Positions 55,091-64,000 of a stretch of 64,000 bases of DNA are shown here, piece by piece. The stretch comes from Victivallales bacterium (GTDB taxonomy: Bacteria > Verrucomicrobiota > Lentisphaeria > Victivallales > UBA1829), in the NCBI GenBank assembly GCA_045612485.1, contig JAZKZE010000115.1, positions 3,524-67,523 of the forward strand, given 5' to 3'. The translations under genes and the position numbers were made by a program. Position 1 is the stretch's first letter, and each line of letters starts with the position of its first letter. The notes beneath the pieces are model-generated. The model did no database searches and was not told where the DNA came from. It worked only from the letters and a program-made list of their open reading frames with translations.

Positions 55091-56701
55091 TTAGAGGTTT
55101 GCTGTAGATCTGTTCAGTTCTTCCTCAGTGGTGATCCCGGCTTTGACTTTAGCGTTTCCGTCCTGTTTCAGCGTGACCATTCCGTATTTTTCCGCAATAC
55201 TCTGCAATTCGGAACTGGAGGCATTTCTGTTGACAGCCTGCCGCAGTTCATCATTCATAAAGAGCAATTCAAAAATACCGCATCTTCCCTTGTAGCCTGT
55301 CCCGTTGCAGCGGCGGCACTTCTGTCCTTCCCCATCCTTGCCTGTCCCGTTGCAGCTTGTACAGATCTTCCGCACAAGCCGCTGGGAAAGCACGCCGAAG
55401 AGAGCAGAGGAAACAAGGAAGTTTTCCACTCCCATATCCACCAGACGGGTGACAGCACCCACAGCATCATTGGTATGCAGCGTACTTAAAACAAGATGTC
55501 CTGTCAGTGCGGCATTAATGGCGATATCAGCGGTTTCCCGGTCACGGATCTCTCCTACAAGGATAATATCCGGGTCCTGGCGGACGATATTGCGCAACCC
55601 CTCGGCAAAGGTCACTCCGATCTTGGGGTTGACCTGACACTGGCACAGCCCTTCTGTTTTATATTCCACAGGGTCTTCAATGGTGATGATCTTTTTTCTT
55701 CTGTCATTAAGGGAGTTGATCACACTGTAGAGAGTGGTGGTTTTTCCGCTTCCTGTGGGCCCTACCACAAGGATCATGCCGTGGGGAATATTGATAAGTT
55801 TATTGAACTGGGAGAGATGTTCGGGAAACATCCCCAGTTCTTTCAGGTCAAAAGAAACCGCCTCATGGTTCAGAAGTCGTAAAACAATACTTTCCCCTGT
55901 GAGAATGGGCAGGGAACTTATACGCATATCCAGTATTTTCCCGTTCAACTGAACATCCGCCCGTCCGTCCTGGGGCAGTCTGCTTTCCGCAATATTGAGC
56001 TTACCGATCAGTTTGATACGGGAAGCTATAGCAGGGAACTGGGCAAGAGGACAGGTCATGATCTCGGTAAGAACCCCATCCACACGGCAGCGGACGGAAA
56101 CGTACTCTTCGCCGGGTTCAATGTGAATATCACTTGCCCCCAGTTCAATGGCACGGGTGAAAATATCATTGACAAGTCTTACGATCCTTGCCTCACCTGC
56201 CATGGTACGCAAAGTATTTTCATCCTCTGCATCCAGGATCGTTGTATCCTCTTCCTCATCTTTGTTCATGATGTTGCTTAACAGCCGTTCCAGAAAGGTA
56301 CGGCGGACAAAGATGAACTCCGCTTTTTTCTGCCATGCTTTTTCCGTCTGGAGAACGATTTCCCCCAGTCTGTAGGGGGAGCATACCAGAAATGTGATGG
56401 TATCTTCATCCCAGAAACAGGGAAGGGCGGGGAAGGCGTTGAAATATTCCATGGGCGCTTCCGGATAAAGTTCCGGAGTGGAAAGGGCGTCCTCCTCTTT
56501 TACTTCCGTACCGAAGGCTTCCGAATAGAATCCGGTAAGTTCCGCTTCAGAGAGAAGTCCGGAACGGATCAGATCTCTATCCCATTCCTCCGCATCCCCC
56601 TCCGGCCTTTTTTTACCGCATTTTGCTTCATAGGGGAGGAGAAATTCTTTCAGAACACTCAATGCCCTGTTATGATCGGTATATTCTGTATTCATACTCA
56701 C
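55091..56701 (-). CDS. gspE: T2SS ATPase GspE
   Basis: Walker A GPTGSGKTT, Walker B ILVGEIRD, His box TGHLVLSTLHTND, and a tetracysteine motif CTSCNGTG...CRRCNGTG. Confidence 0.93.
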   Translation of the reverse strand: MSMNTEYTDHNRALSVLKEFLLPYEAKCGKKRPEGDAEEWDRDLIRSGLLSEAELTGFYSEAFGTEVKEEDALSTPELYPEAPMEYFNAFPALPCFWDEDTITFLVCSPYRLGEIVLQTEKAWQKKAEFIFVRRTFLERLLSNIMNKDEEEDTTILDAEDENTLRTMAGEARIVRLVNDIFTRAIELGASDIHIEPGEEYVSVRCRVDGVLTEIMTCPLAQFPAIASRIKLIGKLNIAESRLPQDGRADVQLNGKILDMRISSLPILTGESIVLRLLNHEAVSFDLKELGMFPEHLSQFNKLINIPHGMILVVGPTGSGKTTTLYSVINSLNDRRKKIITIEDPVEYKTEGLCQCQVNPKIGVTFAEGLRNIVRQDPDIILVGEIRDRETADIAINAALTGHLVLSTLHTNDAVGAVTRLVDMGVENFLVSSALFGVLSQRLVRKICTSCNGTGKDGEGQKCRRCNGTGYKGRCGIFELLFMNDELRQAVNRNASSSELQSIAEKYGMVTLKQDGNAKVKAGITTEEELNRSTANL

Positions 56702-59085
56702 AGCCAGAAATCCTTATCTAAGAAGAGGGAGGGTTTGTTGGGCAGGAATTTTTTGCTTCCGCCATCTTCCGTTCCCAGATTGTCACTGTAATCGTTCAGG
56801 AGATCAATGGCGGAATTATACCGTTTGATCATATCCTGTACGGGGCTCTTTTCATTGATGATATGTCCTGTGATCATTACCAGAACTTCCGAACGTTCCA
56901 CAGAAGCATCCGTATTCCCCACAAGACGGTTGAGGACAGGGATCTGATTGATGATCGGCAGGGAGTCCAGGGAGTCCTTTGTCTTTTCCTGGATAAGTCC
57001 GCCGATGACCATGGTCTGTCCGTTGGCAATGGTCATGGCTGTTTCCACGACACGCTTGTTGAAGGTGGGGGACTGGATATTCATATCAGTACTGTCCACT
57101 TTTTCAGAAAGTTCCTGTTTGACTTCCAGGGAGATGAGTTCTGTACTTGTGATCTGGGGGGTGACGGTAAGGATCACACCCACATCTTCATATTCATAGT
57201 TCTGGAGGATCTGGGTGGAAGAGGTACTGCTTGTTCCCTGGGCTACATAGGGGACTCTCTGCCCCACCTGGATCTTGGCTTCCGTATTGCTGGAAACAAG
57301 AAGCTGGGGACTGGATACCACTTTCAGGGCACTGTTGCCGGCAAGAGCTTTGATGTAACCGAATTTCTGGGAGGGATTCTTGGGATTGGAGATAAGGAAA
57401 CTGAACCCTCTGTCCCCGGAACCGCCTACTGCATTCATATCCGGATTCAGGCTGCTGTAATTTGTTCCGAAAATGGAGTTGGCATCTCCGTGAGTGGTGG
57501 TCATGGACCATTCGATACCGAATTTATTGGAATCCGTAAGGGTAACTTCCACCACCAGTACCTGCAACAGCACCTGGGCGGGAACTACATCCAGTCTGTC
57601 CAGAAGGGACTTGATGGAGGCATAGGTGCGGGGAGTCGTTCTTACGATCATTCTGTTCAGGACTCCGTCTGCAAAAATACGGATGGAGGTGTTGAAAAGA
57701 GAGGAATGCTGGTCTGTTTGCACACTCTGGGATTTGACTACAGAACCTCTTGCTCCGGTTGCCGTGGTATTGGCTGTCAGCCGGGAGGGATTGTAGCGGT
57801 TGTTGGTATTCAGCCGGGGCGCGCTTAAATTTGTTGTACGCTGTCTGCCGGAATTTGTGTCGATGGTAAGGGTGGATCCGGAGGAGTCATAAATCACCGC
57901 CAGTGCCTGGGCAAGCTGTTCCACTTTCCCGTGACGCACCTTATATACAAACACCATTTCCTGATCCAGTGAATCGGAGGAATCCAGCAATTCCACCCAT
58001 TTTTTGATCTCGTTCATGGCCTCTTCCGTTGCCGCAGTCACAGCAAGTACCTGGATACGGTCGATACCGGATACCTGGATGGCTCCCGGTGCTTCTGTAC
58101 GGTCAAGGGTCTGATACACGGTAAAGCCCAGTGTGGGCAGGATCACACGCAGTTCATCTGCAATCTTGCTGGGGAGGATATTCCGGCAGGGAAGCAATGC
58201 CCTTACCCAGGAACTCTTGCTGCGGCTGTCCACCAGTTCAAGGATCTGACGGATCTTGGGAATGTTTTCTGCAATATCGCATACCATAATGGCGTTGGGA
58301 CGTGCCATTTCCACACAGATGGCATCCCGCCGCAGGAAGGGTTTGAGCTGCTGCATGGCTTCCCTGCCTGTGGCAAATTGCAACTGACGGTAATAGATCT
58401 CACCGCCGGCGGGACTGGCAAGAGTGCTGTCCGGCTGCTGGTTGACTTTGCTTTGCAGCATCACCCGCAGAAGAGAACCCTGGGCTTTGGCTGTGGCATT
58501 GGAAAGAAGAAGCAGACTTTCAAAGGTCGCCCACAATTCTTTTCTTGTCATCTTGGAGTTGAGGTTGAGTGTGACCACGCCCCGCAGGTCACTGTCTGCC
58601 ACAAAATTGAAGCCCAGTACATCGGCAAAGGCAGGGATCACATCAAGGATAGGGGCACTGTTGAATACAAGGGAAACATCCAGTACTTCATCGGCATTGA
58701 GCAGAATGAAATCATCGTAAAAACGGGGACCGGAAAGCGAGGGACTTCTCCAGGAGGATTTTTTCCCTGCCGCAACAGCTTTTCTTGTATCTTTTGCAGT
58801 CATGGCTTCCAGCTGTTTGAGTTTTGCCTCATTGAAAGATCTTGTATTGATGGAAACTTTTTCCTGTTCAATCGTTTCTTTGGGGGAAGATACGTGTTTC
58901 TTCTGTTCCTTTTCCAGGAAACGGAAACGGTCTTTTTTTGCTTTCTTTTTTTCCTCTTCCTTTCCGTCCTCACCGGAGGTCTGACAGGAGGAAAGAAGGA
59001 ATGCGGAACCCATAAAGATGCCTGCAACAAGCATCAGAAGCATCTTTTTGCCGGAAATTTTCTTGCTGGAAAAATGTGTTTTCAT
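56698..59085 (-). CDS. gspD: T2SS secretin GspD (lipobox-bearing)
   Basis: 795 aa. LLSSCQ lipobox, N-domains, and a secretin C-domain (GGLIQEKTKDSLDSLPIINQIPVLNRLVG). Confidence 0.92.
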   Translation of the reverse strand: MKTHFSSKKISGKKMLLMLVAGIFMGSAFLLSSCQTSGEDGKEEEKKKAKKDRFRFLEKEQKKHVSSPKETIEQEKVSINTRSFNEAKLKQLEAMTAKDTRKAVAAGKKSSWRSPSLSGPRFYDDFILLNADEVLDVSLVFNSAPILDVIPAFADVLGFNFVADSDLRGVVTLNLNSKMTRKELWATFESLLLLSNATAKAQGSLLRVMLQSKVNQQPDSTLASPAGGEIYYRQLQFATGREAMQQLKPFLRRDAICVEMARPNAIMVCDIAENIPKIRQILELVDSRSKSSWVRALLPCRNILPSKIADELRVILPTLGFTVYQTLDRTEAPGAIQVSGIDRIQVLAVTAATEEAMNEIKKWVELLDSSDSLDQEMVFVYKVRHGKVEQLAQALAVIYDSSGSTLTIDTNSGRQRTTNLSAPRLNTNNRYNPSRLTANTTATGARGSVVKSQSVQTDQHSSLFNTSIRIFADGVLNRMIVRTTPRTYASIKSLLDRLDVVPAQVLLQVLVVEVTLTDSNKFGIEWSMTTTHGDANSIFGTNYSSLNPDMNAVGGSGDRGFSFLISNPKNPSQKFGYIKALAGNSALKVVSSPQLLVSSNTEAKIQVGQRVPYVAQGTSSTSSTQILQNYEYEDVGVILTVTPQITSTELISLEVKQELSEKVDSTDMNIQSPTFNKRVVETAMTIANGQTMVIGGLIQEKTKDSLDSLPIINQIPVLNRLVGNTDASVERSEVLVMITGHIINEKSPVQDMIKRYNSAIDLLNDYSDNLGTEDGGSKKFLPNKPSLFLDKDFWL

Positions 59086-59126
59086 GTTTCGTCCTTCGTA
59101 TATTATTATTTTCTGTTTTTATTCTG

Positions 59127-60092
59127 TTACCTTCTTCTTGCAGGAGTACCGCGTCTGCTGCCGGAATTGTTATTGTTCTGATTCATCATCTGGCGCATCA
59201 TGAAGTTCTGCTGCATCCCCTGCTGCCGGAGTATATTCTGCATCTGCTGCATTCCCTGCTGAAGGATCTGCTGGGGAGTCTGGTTCCTGTTGGTATTTCT
59301 TCTTCCGGATGTAAGACCTTTGGAGGATTCCTGGATCTCCAGTTCCATTTTATCACTGCCTCTTGTAAGGGTGGCAGTGGTACGGGTGACTTCCACAAGA
59401 GTATAGCCGTTGGATAACGTTTCCCCAATACGCACATACTGCCTGTGGTTCTGCGCCGCTGTACTCTGGGATTGATTCATGCCTGTAAACATTCCCGGCA
59501 TCGCGCCCGGAGGAAGCTGGGCTGTATTTCTTCCTGCAAATCTGTTTCTGGAGGAACCGCCTCCGCTTCCGGAAAGGGCAGATCTGCCCTGACTGCCTGC
59601 GGTATTTCCGGAACGGTTCCTTCCGGCATTCACATTTCTCTGCGGCATGTTACCCATGGGCATATTCATATTATTCATGTTGTTCATATTCATCATGCCG
59701 CCCCTTCCCATGCGCCACATTCCGAAAGCATTGGTGCGGTTGTTCTGCTGGACATTATGTTTGATGATCGCACCGGAAACTTTGCCTATGGTGAAAGTTC
59801 CCACAAGAGTCAGAGTAACTCTCTGATTGCCCCGCATGTGGGCATTGGGACTGCGCCCGGAGTAGAAAAGATTGTTTTCTGTGATCTTTTTGATCATTTC
59901 CTCCGTGTTGGGCTGAACCTGTCCTTCCTGTTTATCGGCACGGGCAGTATCCTTTTTTGTCTGTGAGCTTTTTTTCTTTACTTTCAGGTCATCCGAAGCA
60001 TTTTTTGCCATTGTCCTGCGGATATTTTCCACTGTCCCGAAAACAGCCGCCCCGGCAAGGATTACATTGAGTATGATAAGAAACAGTTTCAT
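59127..60092 (-). CDS. GspC/PilP-like T2SS component with a Gly/Met/Asn-rich low-complexity linker
   Basis: N-terminal TM helix, two short beta-rich HR/PilP-like segments (VTLTLVGTFTIGKVSGAII; YVRIGETLSNGYTLVEVTRTTATLTRG), and the linker GRGGMMNMNNMNNMNMPMGNMPQ. Confidence 0.6.
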   Translation of the reverse strand: MKLFLIILNVILAGAAVFGTVENIRRTMAKNASDDLKVKKKSSQTKKDTARADKQEGQVQPNTEEMIKKITENNLFYSGRSPNAHMRGNQRVTLTLVGTFTIGKVSGAIIKHNVQQNNRTNAFGMWRMGRGGMMNMNNMNNMNMPMGNMPQRNVNAGRNRSGNTAGSQGRSALSGSGGGSSRNRFAGRNTAQLPPGAMPGMFTGMNQSQSTAAQNHRQYVRIGETLSNGYTLVEVTRTTATLTRGSDKMELEIQESSKGLTSGRRNTNRNQTPQQILQQGMQQMQNILRQQGMQQNFMMRQMMNQNNNNSGSRRGTPARRR

Positions 60093-60895
60093 TTTGCACC
60101 CCCTGCGGCTTGTTTTGTGTCAAGAGGAGTATTGATTTCTGCCTGTTTTTCAACAGGTTTTCCGGCAACGGATGTCTGCCCTGCCGGAACAGAATTTTTT
60201 TCTGTTTTTACGGGGACTTTCTGAATGAGCTTTTCTTTATTTTTCTGCTGTTTTTCCTGCGGTAAAGTCAGTTTCCCATCGTAGCCGATCACTCTTACTG
60301 CCCCATTGAGCCGCATACGGATCGTTGCGGGGGTATTCTGCAAAAGATTGCCGGACGTGTTGCGGTTGAAACGAAACACTTCCGGACGCAGATCCAGTCT
60401 TCTCCAGTGAAGAGCCGGACGGCTGTTGGAAAGTTTTGCAAGAAATTTGATCAGTACATCATAGGGGGCGGATGCGGAAAGATTATCCACTTCTGCATAG
60501 TACAGCTCGCTGTTGATCCTTGTGATCCTTACAGACCCCAGTGCGCTCAAGGTAAGTTCCAGATCTTTTGCCGCATTCTGAATAGTGTTGCGTAAAACTG
60601 TATCTGCCAGACCGTCCCGTTTTTCGTTCCAGAATGTGACAAGTTTTTTTCTGTATTCTTTTTTCTGTGCATCATATTTATCTGCTTTTAACCGGTTTTC
60701 CCCGACCTGGGCTTTGAGTTTGCGGATGTCCTGTTTCAGTGCTTTGATCTTTTCCTCACCGGGGAACAATGCGGAAAAGCCGCCTGTGAACTGTATAAAC
60801 ATAAACGTCCAGCAGATAATGAGGATACCGCAGCATCCGAGAATCAGTCTGCCCTGTTTTGTCCCTGCAAAGGCTTTGAATTTTTCCATACTCAT
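60089..60895 (-). CDS. GspM/PilO-like bitopic T2SS assembly protein
   Basis: A single TM (LILGCCGILIICWTFMFIQF), then a coiled coil and a ferredoxin-like region. Overlaps both neighbours by 4 nt. Confidence 0.55.
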   Translation of the reverse strand: MSMEKFKAFAGTKQGRLILGCCGILIICWTFMFIQFTGGFSALFPGEEKIKALKQDIRKLKAQVGENRLKADKYDAQKKEYRKKLVTFWNEKRDGLADTVLRNTIQNAAKDLELTLSALGSVRITRINSELYYAEVDNLSASAPYDVLIKFLAKLSNSRPALHWRRLDLRPEVFRFNRNTSGNLLQNTPATIRMRLNGAVRVIGYDGKLTLPQEKQQKNKEKLIQKVPVKTEKNSVPAGQTSVAGKPVEKQAEINTPLDTKQAAGGAK

Positions 60896-62187
60896 TTTCT
60901 GCCCTCTTTATTTTCGTTTTCCCCGGTATTGGTGAGCTTTACCGTGATCATCGTTGCCGCCCCGCCGAAATTTCTCTGCTGGATATTGGCAAGTTTCCAA
61001 TAGGGGAATTTTGTGCGGAATATCTCGGAGATACCGGAATTGGCTTCACTGAACATGGTAAGATCCAATCCGGAATCATTCCAGCGCATACTGGAGATCA
61101 TTACATTGGATGGGAGATGTTCCGTGAGATCATTGAGTTTTGCTACGATATCGTGTTCCCCTGCTTTCAGAAGTCCGGAACGGTATTTTTCCTTTCCTTC
61201 CTTTTCCATACGGCGGATCTTTACTTTCAACTTCCTGTTTTCTTCCTGCAATGCCGCTTTCTCCGCAGCAAGATTCCTGTATTCCACCGCATTGGAGATC
61301 CATTTGCCGGAATAGTTCCAGATCAGGTTTGCCAGAATGATGAAAACCAGAAATATACAAAGTTTCAGCTGGGATTTCAACCGGCTTGGCCGTAATTTGG
61401 CAGGAAGGATATTCAAGCCTGTTTCACTGTTATGAAACTGAGGCGTGATGGCAAATCTTGCACAGAGCAGAAGAGAAGCAAATTCTCCTGTATTGAATTC
61501 ATCCGGAAGACGGAAGGTGGAACGGAAAATCTTTTCCCACTCTTTTGCTGTGCCTGCCGGATCATTGTTTTCTGACGGTGTTGCCACATGCCAGGAACCT
61601 GCTGCAAAATAGTATTTTTCTTCCGTGTCACCGAGATAAAGCGGGGGATCATCCTTCTGTAAGGCAAGGAAAGGATAGAGAAACGCATCCGCTTTTCTGC
61701 CGCATTTCATAAGAAGATCTGTAAAAGGTTCCAGTGCGGGTGCCGGGAAAGTACAGGCATTTACCGTCATCATCCCGTCATCTGTTTTTTCCTGTGCCTC
61801 TCCGGAATCGTCGGTTGAGGTCGTTTGCAAAGAGGCCGCAGGCAGGGTAAATTCCACAAGCATATTTTCTGTATCGGAAAGGATCATTCTTCTGGGCAGT
61901 TCCAGATAAAGCGCATTTCTTACCGCTTTAGCGGGCAGTTGTGCCATTTCTGTACGGAAAAAGAACCCCTGATCCGGAACTGCGGCGAGAATAAGGGGTT
62001 CATCTCTGGAAACGGAAAGATCCCGGAAGAGGTTTTTCCATGCTTCAGGATCATTTTTTTCCTTTACGGAAATACTGCAACTTTTTACAAGTTCATAATC
62101 TGTCTTCCTTTTGCGGAAAACAGCACCCTGTAATTTTTTCCCTCCGGAAAAGATCACTGCAAAGCCTTTGAATTTACCTATATTCAT
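60892..62187 (-). CDS. GspL-like (PilM/PilN-type fusion) T2SS assembly protein
   Basis: A ~270-aa cytoplasmic domain, a TM (LKLCIFLVFIILANLIW), then a coiled-coil plus periplasmic domain. Confidence 0.55.
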   Translation of the reverse strand: MNIGKFKGFAVIFSGGKKLQGAVFRKRKTDYELVKSCSISVKEKNDPEAWKNLFRDLSVSRDEPLILAAVPDQGFFFRTEMAQLPAKAVRNALYLELPRRMILSDTENMLVEFTLPAASLQTTSTDDSGEAQEKTDDGMMTVNACTFPAPALEPFTDLLMKCGRKADAFLYPFLALQKDDPPLYLGDTEEKYYFAAGSWHVATPSENNDPAGTAKEWEKIFRSTFRLPDEFNTGEFASLLLCARFAITPQFHNSETGLNILPAKLRPSRLKSQLKLCIFLVFIILANLIWNYSGKWISNAVEYRNLAAEKAALQEENRKLKVKIRRMEKEGKEKYRSGLLKAGEHDIVAKLNDLTEHLPSNVMISSMRWNDSGLDLTMFSEANSGISEIFRTKFPYWKLANIQQRNFGGAATMITVKLTNTGENENKEGRK

Positions 62188-62268
62188 CTTTCCTGTTTCT
62201 TTCCTTGCTTGTGAGAATATTCCGGAATGACCGGAATATTCCCGTAAATCCCTGCCGTATAAGAGTCT

Positions 62269-63138
62269 TTATTTAACTTTTTTCAGAAGTGTTTCCAGTT
62301 TTTCAGCTGCCGCTTTTTTATCTTTCCGGGTGAGTTCCACATATTCCTGCCACTCTTCAGGGTACTGCTGTTTGGCTTTTCTTGCCAGATCGTTTCTGGA
62401 GAAATCCCGTTTTGCGGGAGGGGCGGGCTTGGCAGCTGCCGTACCGCCGCGGAATCCGCCGAAAGGACTGAAGGAAAACTCATAGCCCTCTTTTTCCAGA
62501 CATTCCCGTATTTTTGCAAAACGTTCCTGACGGGAAAGTCCTTCCAGTTCTTTTTCATATTTTTGGGCTACATACGCCATTTCTTCCGCATTGGCAGGCA
62601 GTTTGATCCCGCTTTTTACAGCAAGATCTCTGAGTTTTGCACGGTTTTCTTCCTCAGATTTTTTGACCGCGGCATATTCCTGCGGGAATTTTTGTGCGAT
62701 CCCGGCTTCCGCTTCGGCACGTTTCTGACCGGGATTGGGCATATTCATCATCCCGCCTCTGTTTCCTCCGAAGGGGCTTCCGCCGAATCCTTCCCGTCCT
62801 CTCATACCTTCTCTGCGGGGCATATTGTTGCGGGAGAACCTGGGACGGGGGGCTTTCAGACCAGCCTTCTGTATGAGAAGCTGCATCTTATTATAAGCTG
62901 CGGGAAGATTTGTTTCCGCAAGTTTTTTTACTTCTTTAAATCCTTCCGGATCTTTTTTTGCCAGTTCCGTCTGAAGTTCCGCCCACTCTTTTTTCATGGA
63001 ATCGTTCATTTCCACCGTACGGGGGGAGCGATTCATTCTTCCCCGGTTTTCACCGGAGGATCTTCTCTGGGCTTCTGCTGTAAAGAATGAAACTGTACTC
63101 AACGAAACTGCCAGTATTGCTGTAATGATTTTTTTCAT
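62269..63138 (-). CDS. secreted basic protein with three internal helical repeats and FGG/RGG spacers; first gene of the T2SS operon
   Basis: Signal peptide (SFFTAEAQ). Repeats lie around KKEWAELQTELAKKDPEGF, QKFPQEYAAVKKSEEE and QQYPEEWQEYVELTRKD. Spacers read FGGSPFGGNRGGMMNMPNPG and SPFGGFRGG. Confidence 0.7.
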   Translation of the reverse strand: MKKIITAILAVSLSTVSFFTAEAQRRSSGENRGRMNRSPRTVEMNDSMKKEWAELQTELAKKDPEGFKEVKKLAETNLPAAYNKMQLLIQKAGLKAPRPRFSRNNMPRREGMRGREGFGGSPFGGNRGGMMNMPNPGQKRAEAEAGIAQKFPQEYAAVKKSEEENRAKLRDLAVKSGIKLPANAEEMAYVAQKYEKELEGLSRQERFAKIRECLEKEGYEFSFSPFGGFRGGTAAAKPAPPAKRDFSRNDLARKAKQQYPEEWQEYVELTRKDKKAAAEKLETLLKKVK

Positions 63139-63276
63139 ATCTGCTCCTTGTTTTTTTCAGGTTACAGTCTTTTATCTGTCTGTATTGTCATGCATGATAC
63201 CCTTATAACGGGGAGACAGACCATTTTATTGTACAGTACTTTGAAAAAAACAGTTTTCCTTTGATAAGATAAAGGA

Positions 63277-63573
63277 TCAGTTTACAGATTTTTCCACATT
63301 CTTTTTGTTTTTCCATATATAGTAATGGGAGAGGGCAGTATCTGTGGCGACCATAAGTACGTCGATAAAGTAAATATACAGTACCCAGCTTATTTTTCCT
63401 CCCGGAACAAATTTGCTGGCGATACCGCAGCAGTAGCCGAACATGATAAGATAAAGGAAAATAAAACTTTTTCCTGCGGGATTTTTCACCCGGATGGTTT
63501 TGATGATCTGGGCAGGCCAGCTTGCTCCGAATACGATAAGCATGATACCTTCAAGAATTTGTGCTGCTTCCAT
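63277..63573 (-). CDS. three-TM PQ-loop/SemiSWEET-like small membrane protein
   Basis: ATG 63573 lies 7 nt after AAAGGAG. The motif SWPAQIIKTIRVKNPAGKS resembles a PQ-loop. 98 aa. Confidence 0.55.
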   Translation of the reverse strand: MEAAQILEGIMLIVFGASWPAQIIKTIRVKNPAGKSFIFLYLIMFGYCCGIASKFVPGGKISWVLYIYFIDVLMVATDTALSHYYIWKNKKNVEKSVN

Positions 63574-63866
63574 TTTTTGACTCCTTTTTGTTTTATGGTT
63601 TTTACCGATACTTAACATAGCACTTTTTCACGAAAATGCAATCTGTAATCCGTACAGGGTAAAGAAAATATGTTTTTCATTTCACAGATATCCCATAATT
63701 TTCAAAAAAACAGGTATTTTTGCAATGTTTGAGCAGGAAAAAATTGATTTTTGAAAAAATTCTTTTGTGAGATTTTTATAATGTTGCCTGTTGTAAGCAA
63801 AATGTTGAATGGGAAATAGATCAAGTTCCGGGAGATATTCTTTCTTTACGGAAAAATTTTTCATCA

Positions 63867-64000
63867 GGGGAATGTTATACAGCCCCAAGGGGGCAAAGGC
63901 ACTGTAAGTGCCGCAGGAACTCAGCCCGGAGGATAGGGGGCTGAAAGTCCCCGTATCCCCGGGTGTAAGTACAAAATAAAAATAAGCTCTGAAAGAGCGT
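63867..64000 (+). ncRNA. unclassified structured-RNA candidate, truncated by the window edge
   Basis: An abrupt GC-rich island after AT-rich DNA. Hairpins at 63898-63912 (loop UGUAA), 63924-63964 (16 bp, loop UGAAA) and 63986-63998 (loop UGAAA). There is no T-run on either strand, so these are not terminators. Strand is uncertain. Confidence 0.35.

Noticed and set aside
63682-63888. A 68-aa minus-strand ORF next to the GC-rich hairpin island.
   Set aside because: It starts with TTG, has no SD and has AT-rich, low-information composition. It more likely belongs to a promoter or leader region.
63867-64000. RNase P RNA. The motifs GUAAG-hairpin, CCCGGAG and GAAAGUCC resemble pieces of bacterial RNase P.
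   Set aside because: The motifs are in the wrong order. The upstream 250 bp are AT-rich with no P1-P4 elements, and the P4 core GAGGAAAGUCCGGGC is not present.

Overview
64-kb chromosomal window. It most resembles a PVC-superphylum bacterium (Lentisphaerota/Victivallales- or Verrucomicrobiota-like). That is an inference from a DUF1559-type pseudopilin-like protein ([24 protein letters not shown]), a giant LamG-tailed secreted protein and the layout of the type II secretion locus. All calls come from reading the ORF translations and DNA by eye; no searches were run.

Gene content, left to right:
- three tandem MATE efflux paralogs, a YkgJ-type Cys-cluster protein and an SDR reductase
- a tiny His/Pro-rich lipoprotein and a small, strongly expressed-looking orphan protein
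- an isolated five-gene Mu-like head-morphogenesis cassette (portal, gpI protease/scaffold, small protein, gpT capsid, gp36)
- two tandem TolC-like outer-membrane lipoproteins, the second fused to Sel1 repeats
- priA, then two tandem SGNH-like secreted paralogs
- a pseudopilin-like gene plus a 1060-aa LamG protein
- a metallophosphoesterase
- a translationally coupled recD2 / GSCFA / degenerate-AsnB operon
- an AICARFT-only purH, tmk, holB, a nucleotide-sugar dehydrogenase and potABCD
- a GH-like protein, a GT4 glycosyltransferase and a DSD1-type PLP enzyme
- a trio of tiny genes
- a YejM-like sulfatase-family membrane protein, a GntP permease, a DUF1835-like protein and recO
- a 12-gene T2SS operon (accessory protein, L/M/C-like genes, then gspDEFGHIJK)
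- a PQ-loop-like membrane protein

Most unusual observations:
1. The Mu-like capsid cassette is intact but orphan: no terminase, transposase, tail or lysis genes.
2. A perfect 23-bp inverted repeat brackets the SD and covers the start codons of the pseudopilin-like/LamG operon.
3. An AsnB homolog has lost its glutaminase nucleophile and glutamine-binding residues, and is coupled to GSCFA and RecD2.
4. The TolC-like pair carries periplasmic coiled-coil/Sel1 tails.
5. A 470-bp intergenic tract is packed with hairpins and contains a recurring 15-mer.
6. An unclassified hairpin-rich GC island is cut by the 3' window edge.

No rRNA, tRNA or CRISPR array was recognised.
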